Source: Podarcis filfolensis
Taxonomy: Eukaryota
Reading direction: 5' to 3' (one strand)
DNA length: 64,000 nt
Assembly: GCA_964270895.1 (NCBI GenBank)
Contig: OZ185438.1
Shown here: positions 61,501 through 64,000 of the stretch, piece by piece
How the letters are laid out: each line of letters opens with the position of its first letter
How positions within the stretch are numbered: position 1 is the first letter of the stretch
The notes under the pieces: model-generated
What the model saw: only the letters and a program-made list of their open reading frames with translations
What the model was told of the DNA's origin: nothing
Databases searched by the model: none
Program-made: the position numbers and the translations under genes

Positions 61501-62715
61501 ACTTGAATCAGCTCATAGGTGCATCCAGAGAAAAACTAAATTCCCCCAATATGACATGTCCATTGATGCTTTGAAGACCACTTTAAAAAACAACCTATGC
61601 ATTGTAAAATGTCTAAAATGTCACCCAAGTTTTGCACACAGTGATCTGCTAATAGAAGTTTCTGAACCAGCATTGAAGTCTGATTCTGCCCTGCTATAGT
61701 TCATGTATAACACCATGTGACCTTAAGTTGCATGTATGTACATCTCTTAAAAGTTAAATGCCTTTGTAAATGTAGTGCTAACTCCAGAAAGCTAAAATTG
61801 TAATTATCTTGCATTACCTTCATAAGTCATACATAACCAGTATTTGTTCCATTTCCTTTCCTAAATAATTAATTCTATATCCTTAATCTGTTAATTTCCT
61901 TTCCTGCTCATTTTCCTTCATCTTGCTTTCTTTATCGATGTGTTCAGCAGAGCAGTTGGTAAGTGATATAGACCCAGTCTCCTCAAAGTTGAAACACGTT
62001 TAACCACCAGCTCCCTTATTTGTTAGTGTGTGGTGTCTTCACTTTCTCACAAGAGCTGGCTTTTTTCACCTCCTAACATGCACAATGGCTATATTTTAAG
62101 TCCAATTTTAGGTTCGTAGTTGACCCAGCTTCACATTACACAAAGGTACACGAATGTTTTACATCTGCCAGTTTAGATGTGTTAACAGTTAAAACAAACA
62201 TATTTGATGATGATCACCTCAAGTCATTTTATTAAGTTTGACACAAGAAATATACTGTCCCTTTGGAAGAAAGGCCATTCACAATTATCACTTCCTGCTT
62301 CTGTGTACTAATTAAAACTTTCCTCCCCACCATTCCATTTCTGAAGATTTGTTATGAGGACCTTCACATAAAGCTTCAGCTTTTGCATGAAGTTGGAATT
62401 AATTAACTGTAACCTTTCAATTTCAGTGCAAATTTATCTGTTCTATTTTTAGTTGGCGGTAAGTGTGAGTAGCTCTCTAGTTGTAATTTAAAAATATAAA
62501 TTATTGCTTGCCCAGTTCCCTGAGCTACTTTTTTGGGGAAATATAGAAGTTATTCTTAACATGTGTTTTGTCTCTTCCAGAATAACCATGTGCATGGACA
62601 ACCATATACAGGCCCAGCAGCACATCATATGAACAACCCTCAGCGAACTGGCCAACGAGCACAAGAAAATTATGAAGGCAGTGAAGAGGTGTCACCGCCT
62701 CAGACGAAAGAATAG
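16985..62715 (+). CDS. USP9X: USP9X/FAF-X deubiquitinase, spliced CDS of 44 coding exons (7659 nt, 2552 aa)
   Basis: N-terminus [23 protein letters not shown], Cys box [20 protein letters not shown], Zn-ribbon CQGC/CEKC, His box [19 protein letters not shown] and C-terminus [16 protein letters not shown] all match USP9X as recalled. All introns are GT-AG, phases are compatible, and exon lengths sum to 7659 nt. Confidence 0.98.
19247..19364. mobile_element. Degraded short hAT MITE (family B-like)
   Basis: CTCCAGATGTTTTGGGCT..TGTAGTCCAAAACCTCTGGAGGGC palindromic core; boundaries approximate. Confidence 0.5.
20072..20217 (+). CDS. USP9X: USP9X exon 3
   Basis: [14 protein letters not shown](R); 146 nt; ag|..|gt. 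Confidence 0.97.
20351..20430 (+). CDS. USP9X: USP9X exon 4
   Basis: [26 protein letters not shown]; 80 nt. Confidence 0.97.
21807..21919 (+). CDS. USP9X: USP9X exon 5
   Basis: [21 protein letters not shown]; 113 nt. Confidence 0.97.
22166..22384 (+). CDS. USP9X: USP9X exon 6
   Basis: [21 protein letters not shown]; 219 nt. Confidence 0.97.
22598..22763. mobile_element. Young GC-rich hAT MITE (166 bp)
   Basis: Perfect 17-bp TIR CAGTGGCGTAGCGTGGG/CCCACGCTACGCCACTG; perfect 8-bp TSD gtgcttag. Confidence 0.92.
22950..23199. mobile_element. Tc1/mariner MITE
   Basis: TA|CAGTCGTACCTTGG..CCAAGGTACAACTG|TA; 250 bp. Confidence 0.88.
23374..23572. mobile_element. Tc1/mariner MITE (inverted relative to 15576-15777)
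   Basis: TA|CAGTGGTACCTCGGGTTAC..GTAACCAGAGGTGCCACTG|TA; 199 bp. Confidence 0.9.
23949..24064 (+). CDS. USP9X: USP9X exon 7
   Basis: [17 protein letters not shown](K); 116 nt. Confidence 0.97.
24154..24188. repeat. (GT)n microsatellite, ~17 units
   Basis: Pure GT run ~90 nt downstream of the exon 7 donor. Confidence 0.98.
25274..25409. mobile_element. Short palindromic hAT MITE (136 bp, family B)
   Basis: CAGGCTTCCTCAAACTC..GAGTTTGAGGCAGCCTG; perfect TSD ccataaag. Confidence 0.9.
25673..25924 (+). CDS. USP9X: USP9X exon 8
   Basis: [13 protein letters not shown](R); 252 nt. Confidence 0.97.
26008..26146 (+). CDS. USP9X: USP9X exon 9
   Basis: [17 protein letters not shown]; 139 nt, after an 83-nt intron. 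Confidence 0.97.
26458..27120. mobile_element. Three degraded family B-like hAT MITE remnants (~26458-26580, ~26752-26870, ~27000-27120)
   Basis: Each carries parts of the GGGGAAC..GGCCCT..CAGATGTT..GGACT..CAACTCCCATCA..GGCCAATG..ACATCTGGAGGGCC..CCACCCCTG motif set; boundaries approximate. Confidence 0.5.
27428..27580 (+). CDS. USP9X: USP9X exon 10
   Basis: [15 protein letters not shown]; 153 nt. Confidence 0.97.
28591..28695 (+). CDS. USP9X: USP9X exon 11
   Basis: [15 protein letters not shown]; 105 nt. Confidence 0.97.
29195..29560 (+). mobile_element. CR1 LINE 3' end remnant
   Basis: GATGACCACCAATTTGGATGATTTTAAAAGAGGAGTAGGCAAATTCATGGAGGAT..GGCCTGATTCAGTAGG matches reptile CR1 RT end/3' UTR as recalled. 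Confidence 0.7.
29962..30168 (+). CDS. USP9X: USP9X exon 12
   Basis: [16 protein letters not shown]; 207 nt. Confidence 0.97.
30715..31078. mobile_element. Tc1/mariner Tc2 (Kanga/MER104-type) non-autonomous element
   Basis: TA|CCGTATTTTTCGCTCTATAACACGCAC..GAGTGTTATGGTGCAAAAAATACGG|TA; 364 bp; internal CATAACACGCAC repeats. Confidence 0.8.
31417..31553 (+). CDS. USP9X: USP9X exon 13
   Basis: [14 protein letters not shown](S); 137 nt. Confidence 0.97.
32377..32510 (+). CDS. USP9X: USP9X exon 14
   Basis: QTQRSPH..RQYAK(E); 134 nt. Confidence 0.97.
33098..33185 (+). CDS. USP9X: USP9X exon 15
   Basis: HGEYDPQ..LNFL(R); 88 nt; donor CG|gttggt. Confidence 0.95.
34745..35078. mobile_element. Young Tc1/mariner MITE with internal tandem array
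   Basis: TA|CAGTGGTGCCTCGCAAGACGAA..TTCATCTTGCGGGGCACCACTG|TA (20/22 TIR); 334 bp; ends 84 nt before exon 16. Confidence 0.9.
35163..35505 (+). CDS. USP9X: USP9X exon 16
   Basis: [14 protein letters not shown]; 343 nt. Confidence 0.97.
36380..37320 (+). mobile_element. Degenerate L2-clade LINE, RT 3' half
   Basis: GATGATACCCAGCTC (DDTQL) at 36402-36416; CCAGATTGGATTACTGCAGTGCATTCTA (RLDYC..), [16 protein letters not shown] and ACCAGACTAGGTTCCAGGTGCTGGT segments; AT-rich tail. Confidence 0.75.
38035..38130 (+). CDS. USP9X: USP9X exon 17
   Basis: [14 protein letters not shown]; 96 nt. Confidence 0.97.
38508..38719 (+). CDS. USP9X: USP9X exon 18
   Basis: [12 protein letters not shown](R); 212 nt. 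Confidence 0.97.
39328..39568 (+). CDS. USP9X: USP9X exon 19 (ubiquitin-like domain region)
   Basis: [18 protein letters not shown]; 241 nt. Confidence 0.97.
39799..39948 (+). CDS. USP9X: USP9X exon 20
   Basis: [13 protein letters not shown]; 150 nt. Confidence 0.97.
40048..40168 (+). CDS. USP9X: USP9X exon 21
   Basis: [12 protein letters not shown](D); 121 nt. Confidence 0.97.
40655..40785 (+). CDS. USP9X: USP9X exon 22
   Basis: NTTVEK..LYLTE; 131 nt. Confidence 0.97.
40884..41096. mobile_element. Tc1/mariner MITE related to 14545-14784
   Basis: TA|CAGTGCTACCTC..GAGGTATGACTG|TA; 213 bp. Confidence 0.88.
41288..41566 (+). CDS. USP9X: USP9X exon 23
   Basis: [13 protein letters not shown]; 279 nt. 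Confidence 0.97.
41770..41895 (+). CDS. USP9X: USP9X exon 24
   Basis: [13 protein letters not shown]; 126 nt. Confidence 0.97.
42130..42290 (+). mobile_element. Degraded tRNA-derived SINE (Squam3-like)
   Basis: AGAGCACATGCTTTGCATTCAGAA..GAGACCCTGGAGAACCACTTCCCAAGTTGACAGTAC..AGATGGAC resembles 50309-50498. Confidence 0.5.
42450..42575 (+). CDS. USP9X: USP9X exon 25
   Basis: ASKYIPD..KIYEK; 126 nt. Confidence 0.97.
42988..43016. repeat. (TCT)n microsatellite, ~9-10 units
   Basis: Pure TCT run. Confidence 0.95.
43030..43190 (+). mobile_element. LINE 3' terminus (L2-type squamate tail)
   Basis: TGTAAGCTGCCCAGAGTGGCTGGGGAAACCCAGCCAGATGGGCGGGATATAAAT followed by an AT tail; recalled as a common lacertid LINE 3' end. 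Confidence 0.6.
43465..43631 (+). CDS. USP9X: USP9X exon 26
   Basis: TNAGNEP..LHCHS(K); 167 nt. Confidence 0.97.
44504..44612 (+). CDS. USP9X: USP9X exon 27
   Basis: [18 protein letters not shown]; 109 nt; not visible in the ORF track. Confidence 0.96.
45262..45420 (+). mobile_element. CR1 3' remnant
   Basis: GATGGCCACCAACTTGGATGGTTTTAAAAGGGGATTTGACAGATTC..GGCCAACTGTGAGAACAGGAT. Confidence 0.6.
45957..46103 (+). CDS. USP9X: USP9X exon 28
   Basis: [13 protein letters not shown]; 147 nt. Confidence 0.97.
46302..46448 (+). CDS. USP9X: USP9X exon 29
   Basis: DEVKRTG..ANLIK; 147 nt. Confidence 0.97.
47263..47485 (+). CDS. USP9X: USP9X exon 30
   Basis: ELIDDF..TAIT(T); 223 nt. Confidence 0.97.
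48429..48649 (+). CDS. USP9X: USP9X exon 31 (Cys box; catalytic Cys codon 48521-48523)
   Basis: [23 protein letters not shown]; 221 nt. Confidence 0.98.
49902..50092 (+). CDS. USP9X: USP9X exon 32
   Basis: [12 protein letters not shown](R); 191 nt. Confidence 0.97.
50309..50498 (+). mobile_element. tRNA-derived SINE, Squam3-like
   Basis: A-box GGGCCATAGCTGAGGGGTAAGAGCAC, B-box GGTTTGATCCC, body GGAAACCCTGGAAAGCAGCTGCCAGTCAGTGTAGACAA..GATGGACCA..GTATAAGGCAGCTTCCT. Confidence 0.8.
51130..51303 (+). CDS. USP9X: USP9X exon 33
   Basis: [21 protein letters not shown](R); 174 nt. Confidence 0.97.
52514..52655 (+). CDS. USP9X: USP9X exon 34
   Basis: [14 protein letters not shown]; 142 nt. Confidence 0.97.
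52819..52906. mobile_element. Internally deleted family B hAT MITE (88 bp) inside a longer palindrome
   Basis: CAGGCATGGCCAAAGTTGG..CCAAGTTTGGTGATGCCTG; flanked by aaatgttt/aaacattt. Confidence 0.8.
53171..53921 (+). CDS. USP9X: USP9X exon 35 (His box; catalytic His codon 53471-53473)
   Basis: [29 protein letters not shown](G); 751 nt. Confidence 0.98.
54513..54636 (+). CDS. USP9X: USP9X exon 36
   Basis: QDHLLPE..PASD(W); 124 nt. Confidence 0.97.
54933..55158 (+). CDS. USP9X: USP9X exon 37
   Basis: YDALC..GPSSQ; 226 nt. Confidence 0.97.
55281..55697. mobile_element. hAT-like non-autonomous element (~417 bp)
   Basis: Ends CAGGGTGGGGAAC..AATTTCCCACCCCTG; TSD not recognisable. Confidence 0.55.
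56063..56192 (+). CDS. USP9X: USP9X exon 38
   Basis: AYDNLSL..YANL(G); 130 nt. Confidence 0.97.
56695..56880 (+). CDS. USP9X: USP9X exon 39
   Basis: VAEKTQ..QSSIN(G); 186 nt. Confidence 0.97.
57676..57896 (+). CDS. USP9X: USP9X exon 40
   Basis: NPPLSNP..ELLWQ; 221 nt. Confidence 0.97.
58234..58322 (+). CDS. USP9X: USP9X exon 41
   Basis: VAYSYTY..WQTH(R); 89 nt. Confidence 0.97.
58525..58572. repeat. Compound microsatellite (CT)8(AT)8(AG)8
   Basis: Counted directly; self-reverse-complementary. Confidence 0.97.
59622..59778 (+). CDS. USP9X: USP9X exon 42
   Basis: IHNALKG..YQILQ; 157 nt. Confidence 0.97.
60214..60426 (+). CDS. USP9X: USP9X exon 43
   Basis: [13 protein letters not shown]; 213 nt; GAG|gtaagg. 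Confidence 0.97.
61124..61219 (+). CDS. USP9X: USP9X exon 44
   Basis: [13 protein letters not shown]; 96 nt. Confidence 0.97.
62581..62715 (+). CDS. USP9X: USP9X exon 45 (coding part, stop TAG 62713-62715)
   Basis: [16 protein letters not shown]; 135 nt. Confidence 0.97.
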
Positions 62716-64000
62716 TGGAAATGCACATAATTAACTTGCCCCATCAAGACTGTGCACCCAGGCCTTACAGTCCAACTTTTCTCTGTGTCTGGNNNNNNNN
62801 NNNNNNNNNNNNNNNNNNNNNNNNNNNNNNNNNNNNNNNNNNNNNNNNNNNNNNNNNNNNNNNNNNNNNNNNNNNNNNNNNNNNNNNNNNNNNNNNNNNN
62901 NNNNNNNNNNNNNNNNNNNNNNNNNNNNNNNNNNNNNNNNNNNNNNNNNNNNNNNNNNNNNNNNNNNNNNNNNNNNNNNNATTCTTAAGCAAGAAACATT
63001 TTTTTGTCTTGATGAGACTCACAGATCTACAACAATTAATTTCTTGATATATCCGCTGCGCTCTACAACCAGTGTTGCCTGCCTAATGGCAGTTGGATCA
63101 ACTTCTTTCCCCAAAAAAGTAAGCCTCTCCATGTCAACCAGAAAAATAGTTTCATGTTAATTCTTTGCCACTGGAGTCAATTTTACTATGAGCAACGTAA
63201 TGACTGGTAACCTTTTAATTATTTGGTTGATGTGGAAAATTGGTGATGTAACATTGTTTCTAGGTCTTTTTTCATTGCCTTTTTCATTCTGGTATTAGGT
63301 TAATCACTTTGAAGCTATAGTTAAGCTGTAACATTTAGCATGGCTTCACACCAGGTTAGTGTAGCCAGTGAGGAAAGAAAAATTACAGTTGTCCCAGAGT
63401 GACAACTGTGTTGTTCAGAGCCTATTCTTCTGCCACCTAGAATATAAAACAGGGAGGGGAGGGTTGGGCAATGTGACAAACAGGTGGTTTTCAGTTGCAC
63501 ATATGTTCCTCACATCTGATGTTTGACAGTTTTGTCTCTGGGTGGGATAAAAGAACACTTAGTTTTCAGTAATAGGAAATTAAAAGATTTAAAACAAATA
63601 TGCAAATTTTTGCTATGCCAGGATGCCTGGAGCATAATAGACTGTATTTGGTGTGCTTGTTTTGTTTCTTTGGTAGAGCTTATTTGATAAACTTCTAACA
63701 CTTTCCTTTCTACTGCATTGCAGTGAAGTGGAAGTCAACAAAATCACACAATACTTGTGAGTGCCACTGCACCAAGTTAACTTGCTGGTTTTCTGCTCGT
63801 TCACAATTCTACTTGAAAACAAGAATTGAATCTTAGCTCTTTGTCCATGATAAGAGAAATCGAAACCTTAGAAGCAGAGTTTGATTATTAAAAAAACAAA
63901 CAAACTACTGGTTAGTCAAATACAAAACTGAGGTATCTCTATTCCAGAGTAAACATTTGTTTAAGGACTTCAAGGAAGACATCAGTAAATACTGTATTTA
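62716..64000 (+). other. USP9X: USP9X 3' UTR (continues past window end)
   Basis: AT-rich sequence with no recognisable repeats after the stop. No AATAAA seen; ATTAAA variants at 63579-63584 and ~63887-63892. Confidence 0.85.
62793..62980. other. Assembly gap (188 N)
   Basis: Run of N in the sequence. Confidence 1.

Noticed and set aside
16985-62715. Degenerate sex-chromosome copy (USP9Y-like) or pseudogene
   Set aside because: The frame, splice sites and catalytic residues are all intact; chromosomal location cannot be inferred from this window.
62715-63047. ORFs containing X runs
   Set aside because: Artefacts of translating through the N gap.
1-64000. CRISPR array, prokaryotic defence or phage system, nested antisense gene, snoRNA
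   Set aside because: No regularly spaced repeat-spacer units, operon structure, spliced minus-strand frame or C/D or H/ACA box pair that I could support.

Overview
Eukaryotic (vertebrate) DNA with one gene on the + strand: USP9X (FAF-X ubiquitin C-terminal hydrolase). It has a CpG-island promoter and non-coding exon 1 (~1-771), a 16-kb intron 1, and 44 coding exons with GT-AG introns from ATG 16985 to TAG 62715. The exons join into one uninterrupted 7659-nt frame (2552 aa) with intact catalytic Cys (48521-48523) and His (53471-53473). The 3' UTR contains a 188-N gap and runs off the window. The intronic repeats (Squam3-like SINE, CR1, L2, Bov-B tail, Penelope, Rex1/Babar, many hAT and Tc1/mariner MITEs) point to a squamate reptile, probably a lacertid-like lizard (inference). 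No prokaryotic systems, CRISPR arrays, rRNA or true tRNA genes were seen. The best leads are: a candidate 8/11-nt microexon in the last intron that would create a TGA across its junction and remove the last 44 aa; a second candidate stop-bearing cassette exon in the same intron; a uORF cluster in exon 2; two near-perfect intronic palindromes; a nested, locally clustered hAT family; and an unexplained ~325-bp insert in intron 41. All were read by eye; no alignments or database searches were run.
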